Shown here one piece after another: positions 12,501-24,650 of a stretch of 64,000 nucleotides of DNA; the stretch's first letter is position 1; the number at the start of each line of letters is the position of its first letter. Source of the DNA: Azolla caroliniana (Eukaryota > Plantae > Polypodiophyta). A program made the position numbers and the translations under genes. The stretch is from positions 124,001 to 188,000 of the forward strand of contig JBHGNT010000009.1 of NCBI GenBank assembly GCA_043228905.1, in the 5' to 3' direction. Below the pieces are notes generated by a model. That model was not told where the DNA came from. It ran no database searches and worked only from the letters and a program-made list of their open reading frames with translations.

Positions 12501-14250
12501 CCGGCTTCCAAGGACGGGATAACAATGTCCCAATGGATCTCGAAAAAATCTCGTGAGAGACCATCAGGGTCGGGGCATGCTCCTCTCCTCAAATCCCTGA
12601 GTGCCTCCGAGAGTTCTATACGAGAAATGGGGCTATTGAGCACTATTTCCATCTCTTGGGATACCTTGGGGTGAATGCAAGTCATCACCCTATCAGCCAA
12701 CTCTACGTTTTGCCTCATATGCACATGTGCAAGTAGGTCTTGATAGTATTGCGTTGTGATATGCAAAATCTCATCCTTGTCCTCCGTAATTGAGCCGTCT
12801 GGTTTGCGCAACTGTTGTATACATCCACCACCACCCTTGGGAGCCTTGTAATGAAAGAAATGTCGGTTGACCCTATCGTCTATTCTAGCCCACCATGTCA
12901 CGGTCCTTCGAAATAACATTCGGTTCCTCTCCTTCGTCCTTTCCCGAACCTTCATCTTGGCTTCCTCTAGCTTAGATCCAGACCAAATGCAGCCAGGGTC
13001 CGCCTGTAGCAAGCTTTGCGCTGTCGCAACGAACTTCCTTAATTTTATTTCAATGGCTCTGACCTGATGGAGGGCCCGCTTGGTCTCTTGCTGTAAAAAG
13101 GAGGAGGAGAGGGCCAGTTTTTTCTACAAATCCTCACTCACTAGCCGATTCTCTTACAATGGTCTCCCGCCATATACTCTGTAGACCCGCCTTCACCTCT
13201 TCACTCTTCATGATCTTTGTGGGAATTTTCATGTTGAGACTCCCGTGGGTGCCGTTGGGTGGGTTAAGGTCTAGTCTCATCGGTTGGTGATCAGAGAAGG
13301 TAAGGCCTGCCAAGATAGTGAAGGAGCCCCCCAACTCCTCAAGGGACGAGCTGATGTATATGCGGTCTAACCGGGCAAAGCTACCACCCCTAACATTCAC
13401 GGCGGCTCTCGAGAAGTGTAGCGAATGTGAGCATCTCCTAAGGGAAGAGCCCCATGTATCTTTCACCCCGATTTTGCCAATTAAGAGAGCCCATGAGTCC
13501 AGCTCCGCACCATGAATTGGTCTTTGGGTCCCCCCTTTCCTATCACCCAGATGTTCAGTCATGTTGAAATCACCAGCCATTATCCATGCCTCGGCATCAA
13601 GTAATGTGGTCGCTAACATCCTCCAGAAGATTGCTCTCTCGAGGGATGAGTTAGGGGCATAAACGTTTAGCACCCCAATCTGTAGGTGATTCCATTTCAG
13701 AAGCACATATAAAGCCCTACCCGCAACTAGCGTGCCATGTGATGTTACTTCATATCGAGCCTTATCACTGATCGAGATGCAAACCCCTCCCCTTCTTTGA
13801 AGGTCACCCTGTGCCACCGACCACCACGTGGTTCACCCACCCGACAAGGGGTTTACTAGGCTCTGAATTCTCTCTTTAGAGAGATGGTGTTCCTGCAACA
13901 ACAATATGTCGATCTTGCCCCCAATATTAGAGGGATTCAACTCCTCCCGAAGTCTTTTGCACTCTTGGTGTTGCCGGCCTCCACCAAGGCCCTGTACATT
14001 CCACTTTAAGATCCTCATCCGAAAACGGTGAGGTTGACGCCCATGTTCGGGCTAACCCCCATGTCCTGGGGCAAACTAACGCCTATTTCTGGGGCTATGG
14101 GCTCCTGCGAAGGCTGAAGAGCCCCTAAGGGGTTCTCGGCTTGTTGATCCCGGCCCGCTTCAAATAGTTCTCGCGATACATTTTGGCTCCTGAGTGGTTG
14201 TCCAACCTACATCCCTTTATCCCAAATAGCCCTCACCAAACCAGGTGATT
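9508..14250 (-). mobile_element. L1/Tx1-type LINE: 3' end of ORF1 plus full but disrupted ORF2 (APE endonuclease, RT, zf-RVT) and poly(A)
   Basis: Collinear ORF pieces carry the endonuclease (MRILKWNVQGL, LLQEHH, VLNVYAP, AGDFN, ARLDRIY, FSDH), RT (WRPITILNTIYK, LDFEKAYDRV, SVRQGCPLAP, YADD) and zf-RVT (KIKLFWWQIGHNVIPV..CPLC). There is one frameshift near 13135 and several point nonsense codons. Poly(T) on the + strand lies at 9508-9519. Confidence 0.95.
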
Positions 14251-15250
14251 TTTCAGATGAGATTATTATATACAAATCCCTATAGGGACACGATAGGTCC
14301 ATCTTATGTGGATGCCCACTACCTCAAGAAAGGGAGAGGACGACCATTGTTGGATAAAGGCTAGTCGTTGTCTTTCAACTCTATCGGAGTTGCCCTTGAG
14401 GCCATCATATTGGCTCTTTAGAGTGGTTACAGCTTCACTCCATATCTCTTGCATTAACATTATTGGTTGCGCGCTTTGGTTGGAGAAGACCTGTCTACAC
14501 CGTTGTTTCCATAAAATCCAAAGAGTTATCGGGCTGACCAAGTCCAACACAACTTGAGATTTGGCACTAATAGGAGTTGAGTGGATATTGCCAATGGTGG
14601 AGAAAAAAACCTCTTGTGGTTTTATAACCAAAGTCGTCCCCTCTTCCTGATGCTCATATCTGTCAACTGGGGCCTGCCATGATAGCCAACATACATTCCC
14701 CCACTTGATTGAGCCTTGCACTTGGCATAATTGCAATAAGCAACCAACCCCCCGCCATATTCGATGGGACTCTAGGCAGTCCCATAGAGCGTGTTGTATT
14801 GATTCTACTACAGTTGGTCACGCTACACAATTAGGAGAGTTGAGGTTCCCACACTGCCATGCACCAACCGGTAGTGACCTATGTATTAATAGCCATTGGA
14901 AAGTGGTGATTCGCCTCGCGTGTTGTTGTTTCCCGAGTTTCTGCCAAAACTTGGTGATAATTGTGTAAGGAACATGATATGTTTTCCAGACCTTTGCAGC
15001 AACCGGATCTCGGGTAGATTGAGCAGCTATAATATGACGACCCAATCTAGTTGTGAATTGAAAGAAAGGGATAGGTTTGCTTCCTTGACCCGCATAAGGA
15101 TCACACCATGTCCATTGCAAAGGGTCCCAACTGACCTTACGTAGCCATCTGTTTTCATGAGTACATATGTGCCAATCTAGTTGTACTTTGACTGGATCAG
15201 GATCTACAATCCATTTATGCCCAGTATAATAAGAAGTGGGTAAGCAAAAC
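14251..15250 (-). mobile_element. 3' fragment of a second L1/Tx1-type LINE family (same family as 3001-3851), abutting the 5' end of the larger LINE
   Basis: ORFs 14818..15120 and 14266..14736 (zf-RVT: FQWLLIHRSLPVG..CVA; ITLWILWKQRCRQVF) closely resemble 3001-3800 (+). The 5' boundary is approximate. Confidence 0.88.
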
Positions 15251-16316
15251 CATGTTGCGACTAGGAGCTCAAATGCTCTATTCCCACTTAGATGGCAATA
15301 ATGGTTGGAGGAAGCTCAAGCAATTATTAAGATCAAAGAATCTTGAATTATAGTCATGGCAACAAAAGAACATTGGTTGGTGCATCTAGCAGCCAAAACA
15401 ATGGTGGGCAAGACAAAAAATTTATTTTGATTCAGCTTGATGTTTTCCTTTAGGGGCAACTGATACAATATTCTTTGCAAAATGTTATCCATTGTGTCCA
15501 AATTGGGTCCTTGCATCAACAATAGAAATAATTATGAGATCAACCCAAACATAAAACATTTACATGTGATAGATTCTTGTTGCTAGTTAACTTTCGCATT
15601 TCATTGGATGTGTTTTCATTGTTGAATGAAAGGGTCTTTGATGAGCATCATCCAAGTCTTACTAGTAGTTGGATCGAGAAACCAACCAATATCTAACTCT
15701 ACAAAAATGTTTGCAATACCAATTGTAATTGTTCTCTCATTAACTCTTTGGCACATTAAAATGGAAGACTATGTATCCTTTACTCCTATTTTAGGAAGAC
15801 CTTTTCTGTTGGGAACATAAATGTTTCCTGCAGCTCTTTGAGATGCGAAATTCTAGATCAATTTCTTTTAATATGTGAAATATTAAAGAAGGTTGGACAA
15901 TTCAAGCGAAAAACATCTCGATGCATATAGACAAGAGCATGCAGCCATTCATCCAGTTCCAACTTATGAAAGCAAGAAAGCTAATTTGGCAAATGTATAT
16001 TATGTCAAATTGATAAATCTCCAATTTTCAAGCTATGAGAATCAACTAGTACCTTGTTGTCATAAAAGTTAATCAATAAGAAATTCCTAAAAGGGTGTAA
16101 AGTCATCGACCACTTCACCATAGCTATGATGTCTTCTTGGCATGTGTGCAAACTTCTCGTCCCAAACAGGAAAGGAGTGTTCCAAAAAAATACAGAAACA
16201 AATACATGGGTGAAACATGTGCCCTTTTTTTTCATTGAAAGGTTCTCTTCAGAAAAGAACCGCTATCTAAATGTTTATAACGAAGTATATGTTGCTCTGG
16301 GATGTGAATTTCTTTG

Positions 16317-19300
16317 TTATTCAAGCTTTTCTGACTCTATCACATTCATGGCACCCGAGGTGCAGCCTACAGACCACCTTTCGAATGAGCCATCAACAAA
16401 GTCATAATAGGCTCCATGCAACGATAATTCTCCATTCTCAACCTTCTCTCTCACAAAGGGGAATGAAAGGCAGTTCATCAATGATTGATTAACTGATTCC
16501 TGACCTCATCAAACATTGTTAAATTTAGTTGTTACGATGTTGACATTAAAAACATTTGGCATATTTTTACCAGGATTTTTTCATGCATTCTCACCTTCTC
16601 ACAACAGATGCATTGCTCATCAAAAGATGCATGTGCCCGTATAAGTTTCACCTTACTAGAGACCTCTTTTCCGATTAACACCCAATCTTCAATGAATTCA
16701 CTACATTGGTAATGTAAGGAAAAAAAAAAATCAATTAGACATTATGAACACAAAAATGTCTAATTGATAGGTCATCTTTGTGAAGAGAATATATATATAT
16801 ATATAAATCAGAGACCTGAATCGGTTTGACCCATCTTCTTTCATTCCCATCAGAGCCTGAATGCCACCACACCGACTGTGCCCTATAACCATCAGATGTT
16901 TCACCTATGAAAACCAAATGTTTATTTTAGTTTAGGATTAAATAATAAAAAATGCCTCATAGCATCAACTTCTCAAGAATAAATTCCATAAGTACTGGAA
17001 ACAGAAAAAAGAAACTCACCTTGAGTTGCAATACAGCAAATTCAATGGCAGCAGCAGTTGATGTGCAAGTTTTCTACACAGAATTAACATTTATATTATT
17101 GTTATTATTAAAGCCGACTATGTTATGGGGTTTCAAAACTTTCCAGATAACGACAGATAGATAGCTTAATAAAATATATAGATTGCAAAGAAACTTTTTC
17201 AACCTCTGAGTAATTGGGGACTAGATTCGCAATATTGCGTACAACAAAAGCATCACCCATATCGAGACCAAGAATTTTACATGGATCAACTCTTGAATCC
17301 GCACATGAAATGATCATGAACTATTTTTAAAGAAACACAAAGTAAGAAAAATTCATGAGCTATTATCAAAGTAAATTCAGAATACCTATAGAAAAAACGG
17401 AGCATATATACACATATAGATATATACCGGTGGGGTCTGAAGTTCAGCCAACTGCTTGAACGTTTCTCTCTCTTGCCTTTTGTAGAAACAATTTAACAAA
17501 ATGAGTTATTTCAAGTGTTAAAACAAAAACTGATATTAGTCTCACAAAAGAAGCTAAAAAGTATTACATTACATGAGAAGCTGAATTTTTTTTAATTAAG
17601 AGGCAAAAGGAAGTACTTGGAAGTTTAAAAACAAACATGATAAATATATGCAAAAGGAGTTAGTAGATATGCAATAAGAAGCTAAGAACTATAATTATAG
17701 ATGAAGAAGAAACCATTACAAGTTGCAAGCATGATAATAGATGCAAAAGAAGCTACAAAATATGCTTATAGATGCAAAAAGAAACTTCATCAAACTCACT
17801 TGTAATGCTCCTTGAATTTGAGAAATCCATTTTTAATCTTTTCTAGTGGTTCTACTTTTGTTTTTGGCTCAGAAAAACTTGTTCTCCGCTCGGTTACAGC
17901 AGTTGCAGCAGGTGTGGCTGCTCGAATGCTTTGTCGGCAAAATAACCATATTAAATGCTTTTTGTACATATTAAGTACATATATTATACAATATGTTAAT
18001 ATACAACAGCCTTTGGGGTATGTAACTATATATATGAACAAATCATGAGTGCTTTGCACTTTGTAATCTGTAATGCTATATAGTAGAGTAATACAACACC
18101 TTTTTACACAAGAAGATGAAAACAAAGAGAAATATATATTATATATACTTTGATAAATTGTGGAGACCATTGAAGTTGTAATTTAGGGAAGCTCTATTGT
18201 CGATTCTAGTCATCTGTTTTCAAATAACAACCAAGCAAGACATATCAACCAGATCAATAATGAAGCAAAAAAGTCAGCAATAGCAATACAATGCATAACA
18301 TATTTGTGATGTCATCTTTTAGATAGAAAAAATATATATGAATATCTGGGCATTCCAAAAACTTTACCCGTCCTAGGGGTCAGGTATATAAAGATGGGTA
18401 TGCTTCTCACATAACATTAGAATCTCATGTGATTTATTATTAAACGTAAGCACTGCCACTAAATCGAGGAAATGAAGAAACAAGCAGAAACACAATCGAC
18501 CGATATTTCAACAGTACCTATTCATTATGTGGAAAAAGAGGTGCAAAAGCTCAAACCAAGGGTGGGCCAAAAAGAAGTCAAAAGTGAAAATGCACTTTGG
18601 ATGGACACGATCAAGAAGCAGAAAAGGACACCATAAATAAGTGACCCATGTCGCAACTTGCAGAAGAAGCCAGATACTACATGCCAGGGAGCTCGAGAGA
18701 ACAATTATTGTACCATTTTTCAAGAGGGGACATCCCAGGATATCAAACTTAAAACTATAGAGAACATTCATAAATGGCCAAACTGTATGGCTTGATCATG
18801 GATTTCCAGAAGGGATTCACATATAACCCCTTAATGAGAAAGGATAACAGTTCATTGGAAGAGAACGCTTTGTGGACTTCCAGAAGACCTTTTCTCATAA
18901 CAATATCACAATGTGCTCAGCTCATGCAGATGCCATATATCACTCTAATGTGCTCCAGAAACTGAGGAGAATATATTGTTTCGTTGTAGACCTGCACAAG
19001 ACCATTTAAGACACGGTACCACAAGATCTCAGCTCATGCAGACACCATACATCACTCTAGGGTGATCCTGGAAAATAATACAATGGAAGGGGATCCATGC
19101 ATTATATATAAGTATCAGGACACTGGCAAGCACGATTTTTTTATAAGGAAGCCTGCTCTTTTGTCTTTCTATAGATGAGATGTCTTGTTCCACGTAGAAG
19201 GCCATGCAAATTAAACTCCGATACTACTGTATATCCCGACTATATTTCTCCAAAGGATCATAGATGCATATTCAGATGTTTTACAAAAACACTTCGCAAT

Positions 19301-19491
19301 TAAGCATAAATAATCATCAAAACAACCTAAATTTCATTTATTTAACATGACATGTCATGAGAAAACACAAACATGTGATGAAAAAAGGCACAAATATGTC
19401 ATGAGAAAAAACATTAATGTCATGGAAAAACATTGATGTCATCTAGTTTAATTTGCTTTTCGGATCAACCTAATTAACTTATCAACTAGTC

Positions 19492-19530
<39 letters not shown>

Positions 19531-19805
19531 AAACATACTTTTCCATCTGATCCTTGAAATTGGGTTGTGTTCGAAATCCTCAGAGCTTTCTTCTCAACAA
19601 TAGAATCTGGATGCAGAGAAATCTCTGTTGAAATAATGGGGAGGAAAAAAAAAAACAATAAGCATGCATATTCATCCAGAACCCCTAAAAATCAAGCAAC
19701 ACAGAGAAATCGAAACCGTAAAAGAAACAGGGAGTTTAAGCCCCCTTAAATTTTACTCTGTTGGGAGATGAATTTGGCGGAAGATACACTAGAGAAGCAA
19801 CCCAT
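16317..19805 (-). CDS. Beta-carbonic anhydrase, multi-exon
   Basis: Phase-consistent GT-AG exons: ~17929-17800 ([18 protein letters not shown]), 17476-17428 ([10 protein letters not shown]), 17320-17204 ([22 protein letters not shown]), 17073-17020 ([11 protein letters not shown]), 16904-16816 ([14 protein letters not shown]), 16700-16595 (FIEDWV..EQC..CEK), 16499-16317 ([32 protein letters not shown]..stop). The Zn ligand motifs CxDxR and HxxC are intact. The 5' exons 19805-19757 and 19624-19539 are less certain. Confidence 0.93.
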
Positions 19806-20007
19806 TCCAGAGGATAACGCAGGAGAGGAATCTGAAGAAGAAGAAGAAGAAGAAGAAGAAGAAGATTTGTGTGTGTGTGTGTGTGTAGAATGTGCTTCTC
19901 TCAATTTAGTGTAGTTTACATAGAGATGAGTTTTACTCTGTTTAGTGACATGCATTTACCCCAAGCAACCTTTTTGTGTCAATGGATAATGAATGGTTTC
20001 GCTCTTA

Positions 20008-20042
<35 letters not shown>

Positions 20043-20075
20043 AGGGGGGGGGGGGGGGGGGGCTCAATATGCATG

Positions 20076-20106
<31 letters not shown>

Positions 20107-23100
20107 GACACCCCCTAGTGAAAAGAGATGAAGGTCCCAATGTGATCCGATAAATCCAAGGAGGAACATTTGCATGTGCCGATGTACTATGTGTAAAGCC
20201 AATGAGCCTCTTCCCCCTCTTCGGCAACACGACACCCCCCCACACTCTCACACCACGTACATTATGAACTACACACGCGTGCATAGCATATGAGTCTCCC
20301 TCTTCCATGTCACATCTCACATCAAAGAGATTGTGAAGTAAACACATATGGGACGAGATGGCACGTGAATAGCAAACAAAGGGATGAGGGTTGTAGAATG
20401 TATGGATGAGTGGATATGCATGTCCGGAGAAGAAGATGGTAGTTATGTAGTCTGGTGCAAGATTTGTAGAATCAGTGTTCCCAAAATTGTGCATAATTTA
20501 TCCCACGTCTTGTTTATTAGCCTCAAGCAAGTACTTGATAACCATTTGCATGCCCATGAACTCGATGCGAAGTGATCCAGTCTCACAAAGTAACAGTATG
20601 CATGGTATTTGTATCTTGACTTGAAGAAGCTTCAAAAGGAAACACATTCTGATATTTCCAAAATCTTTCCAATTGGAATGATGGATGCCATCATCTTTGA
20701 TCATATTCCAACCCTACAAATAGTCAGTAATGTCACCAAAGTATCAAACATATATATCTTAAGAACCCAACATTTGAATCTCCTTCTTATATCTATTGTA
20801 TGCCTCTTTCCCACTTTCAAGTGGCAAAGTAGCACCTTCATTCCTTATTGGAGAGAGAGAATTCTTAACAGAGCTCTAGGTGTCAAACACGCACCTAACC
20901 CACATGTATAACTTCTCTCCTTACACCTTGTTTGCACCCCAATAGCAATGTAGTTTCTATGTAACAAGTTAGAAACTAGATCATTGCCACATAAATGCAT
21001 GTTATAGACAAAGAGCTTATCCCACTGCATCGATTTTTAAATGGCTAAGTTTTTCCATGTAGTCTATGATAAACAAAGACAATTTGCTATATAATTGATG
21101 TCAATTTTCCCACAAGCACGAGGCCATGCAAAGCAACAATGATGTGTGTGGCATTTCTGTATGATTCTATAAAAAACAAGGATTATTTGCAACGTAAGCG
21201 ATGGGGGTTTTCTTTTTCGGGATCACAAAGTCATGTGTGCATTCATGGGCATCTTTACATCGGTTTAAAAAATGCAAGGATTGTTTTCTACATAAGTGAT
21301 GCAAGTTTTCTTCTTCACAAGCACAAGAGATATTGAGTCTAGGATTCATAAAAAGGATGTTTTCATACGTTTTGCCACTCCTACTCTTCGTGAAATTGGA
21401 TATATGTTGTAAGATGACAAAATATTGGAAAGCATGCATTGGCAGATGTCGTCATATGTTGACTAACAAATGTTAGCCAACTAGGTGTCACGATTTAATA
21501 TGATACAAGAAAGTGTGCCATTAGAGGTTGGGACATTGGTACATTGTGTTAATGGTTATAATCTAATTTGTAAAGTCAAAAGTTTATAGAATTTTGATAT
21601 TTTATTAGCTTTCAAATTACAATAGGTTATGCAACTTGCCCACTTGCATATTGATTGTGCTTAGGAGGACCTTCATTGATTTTGAACCAACTAGCTTTTC
21701 ATAATTAATGCATATAAATGAATGTATTAGAGATGAAAGTTCACGGATAGGCAAGGGAAATTTTGTAATGTATCTTGTGTCGAGATTCGAGAGTAGGGCC
21801 CATGAGCTATAATGATTAAGCAATGCTAATGTAACCAATGAAAAAAGTACAAATCTATCCAAGCATTGAAACTTCTATAACTAACAAAAAGTATAAATTT
21901 ATTCTAGCATTGAAACACTCCCCATTCTTTGGATATAACGTAGACCTTTTGGATGAGTGTTATCTAACCAAATTCTCCTAGTATCATTTTGCATGCATCT
22001 TTGGTGTTTGTCTCTTGAACACTTTATATGGTGGGGGCAATATGTTAGCTCCTCATCAATGTGAATGGCTGTTAAGATTTATTTAGAAGGTTTTCTACAA
22101 CAATTAATAAGTTGGGGCAACGTACATTAACTTCAAAGTATCATTATTATAGACTTGAACAATTCATATGTAAATTTGAATCATGATTGAATATGTTCTA
22201 AACATACCAAGCATTTAATGCATGTCTCATTACAATTTACACCTATCCCAATGAATGTACAAACTTGAGCAAGTTGGAGTAAAAATATGTACTCCTATAG
22301 TGTAAGTATGATGCAAGTAAATATTGCTTTTGGATGGTGTAATTGTGAAACACATTCATTTGAAGGCAATTTAGAACTGCACTCTCGAAGAGAGAGAGAC
22401 ACACACACACACGCACACACAATCATCAATGATACACTATTGTCATCTAGAAGCTAGAAGCATGACCTATGGGACGAAAGCAAATTCTTACATAATATAA
22501 TTCTCCACCAATGGGTCAAAGAAGGAGGATAGGTAAGCTATTTGAATACGAATCCTCCACTTGCTTAGTGTAAAGGAGTCCTTGATATGGGACAATAGTA
22601 AATACGAAGGAAGGTGCAGGGACTTGTATCTCCGACCTTCTTTGCTACTTTCAAGAACCAAGTTTAATCCTTACATGTGAAGGAAATAAATACTTGTAAA
22701 GTGGTGATATTTTAGCAAGGGGCCGGCCTCTTCATTCACAAATTACAATGTTAATCTTAATATTACTCTAAATACAACATTCATGGGTGAGTTGGAACCC
22801 TATCCTCATGTGTACAATTACGAAGAGACATATGATGCACCTTACATTAATAGATAAATATTCAAGAATACAACCCCTCTTTCATACGTGTATTTATGAT
22901 TAAGCAATGATGAAAAAAGGAACTTTTGATAGGATGAAAATACAACTTGCCTTTGTTCATACATCCATGGGCCTACCATAATTAAATATTGCCAAAAAAC
23001 AGCTCAATCATAAATCATTTTGACAAATGCATCACACTAGGAATGCACGTTAGCACGCGGTTTCTATTAGTATGCACTATTTCCTATGATGCATTTATTC

Positions 23101-24229
23101 ATATGGACTATCATACGATTATCACTACCATTATCTTTGTATTCTTGGTATATTTCTCATGATATCCCTAAGAGCATCATATGCTCTTTTCTTTCAATAG
23201 TTTTAGTTCATTTGAGTTTAGAAGACCTCAATGTCCTTATCCTAGATCCATTTATTGTGGTTTTTCACGCAATATAATGAGGGCTATCTATTCCATGAGA
23301 TGGGCTTGTATGTGTGTCAAGTGTTTGGCTCAACCCAAACTTCTTAAGGACAACCACAATATTTGAGTCCTCACTAAACACTTCAACATGTCAAAAACCA
23401 CAAAACTATTATTTTTATCATAAGCAAATGTTGGTGGTGTTAAGTATCGAGCATCCAAGTACAAGTTGTGGAGACAACGACACCAACAAGAGAGTAGGAA
23501 AAATGGGAATAGAGTAAAGCCCAAGAGAAAGCCTTGTAACTAAGTAATAGGCACCCTAACCCTAGTGTGAGAGGAACCCACAGCATTTGCAAAAGACTAT
23601 AAAAGCCACTCTTTGGTGACTTCTGTAGTTGTTCTCCATTCTAAGGTTTTCTCCTTTCATTAGCGTTTAAAGAGCTTTCACTCCATTCGATTAATCTTTT
23701 ATTTGAGTTAAGAGTGATTAGGGTTTAAGAGCTAATTAAGACAAACCCTAATCCCTCTACTCTATATGTGGGCTAAAACTCTATGCTAATAAGAAGTGTA
23801 TATTTATGTTTTGTCTCTTTTGTCTATTCATCCATTTCTATTACTAGAAAGAGAGACACTAAAGTGAGAGAGGGTGAGTGTAAGCATCAACCACCAAGGT
23901 TAGTTAAGCTAGTAGTCCAAGAGTGATCAACAACCACTCTTGGCCGGTTCGCTACCTATAGGGTATAAATTGGATCCTTGGCACAATGATATTGACGGGA
24001 TGCATAACTCCATTTAGTCATAGACATGTTCCGGTGAGGTGCTTATAGAAGCCACAATAGGTGGATACAATATCCCACAATAGACACTTCATCATTTCAA
24101 AAACTATAGAACTTCTACAAAGATTTGTTAGGGATTATTTTAGGATGTGATACTTTTTCTCTTGCCAAAGCACCAAGACATTACCCATTTGGACTATTAG
24201 CACAATTATTAACCTACCAAACACTCAAA

Positions 24230-24650
24230 AAAAATATTATTCTCATAATTGTGGACCTTATGAGCCGTAACAAAGTTGGCCAAATTCATTCCTTGCAAAA
24301 AAATTGCAACAAGTTTAGATAATACCAAGTGACTTATAATAAAACCTTATCCTAAACTTCATGATAATTTGGACAATCATATCATTGACCGAGAACCCCA
24401 ATATATCTTGTGATTTTGGAAAGGCCATATTGGAGTTTCTCGATACAAAGGTTAAGATCTCCACAAGATTCCACCCATAGATCAATAGGAAAATTGAATA
24501 TGTGAACCAAACTTTGGAGCAATACGTGTTGCTACAACAACTACTAGCATAATAACTAGACTAAGAACCTCTACCTCAATAAGTTTAAGTAGAACAACAC
24601 CATTCACTCATCGACCTAGAAGACCCCCTCCTTTGCAAACCGTGACGTCA
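24230..24650 (+). mobile_element. Degenerate Ty3/gypsy integrase relic
   Basis: Decayed reading IIDREPQY..FWK..DTKVKISTRFHP*INRKIEYVNQTLEQY..NNTIHSST*KTP matches the rve integrase core consensus (SDRDPQF..FW..STAFHPQTDGQTE.VNQ.LEQY). Confidence 0.75.

Noticed and set aside
9831-13515. Numerous + strand ORFs of 65-160 aa
   Set aside because: Antisense shadows of the GC-richer LINE ORF2 with no recognisable motifs.
19979-20494. 171-aa ORF upstream of the beta-CA, and similar ORFs at 27168-27980, 31707-31937 and 55142-55429
   Set aside because: Open frames are sustained by (CA)n, (CT)n, (TACA)n and poly-C/G microsatellites; no protein-like signal.
23300-24100. Possible LTR next to the gypsy integrase relic
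   Set aside because: Composition is LTR-like, but I could not identify TG..CA ends, a PBS/PPT, a TSD or a second copy.
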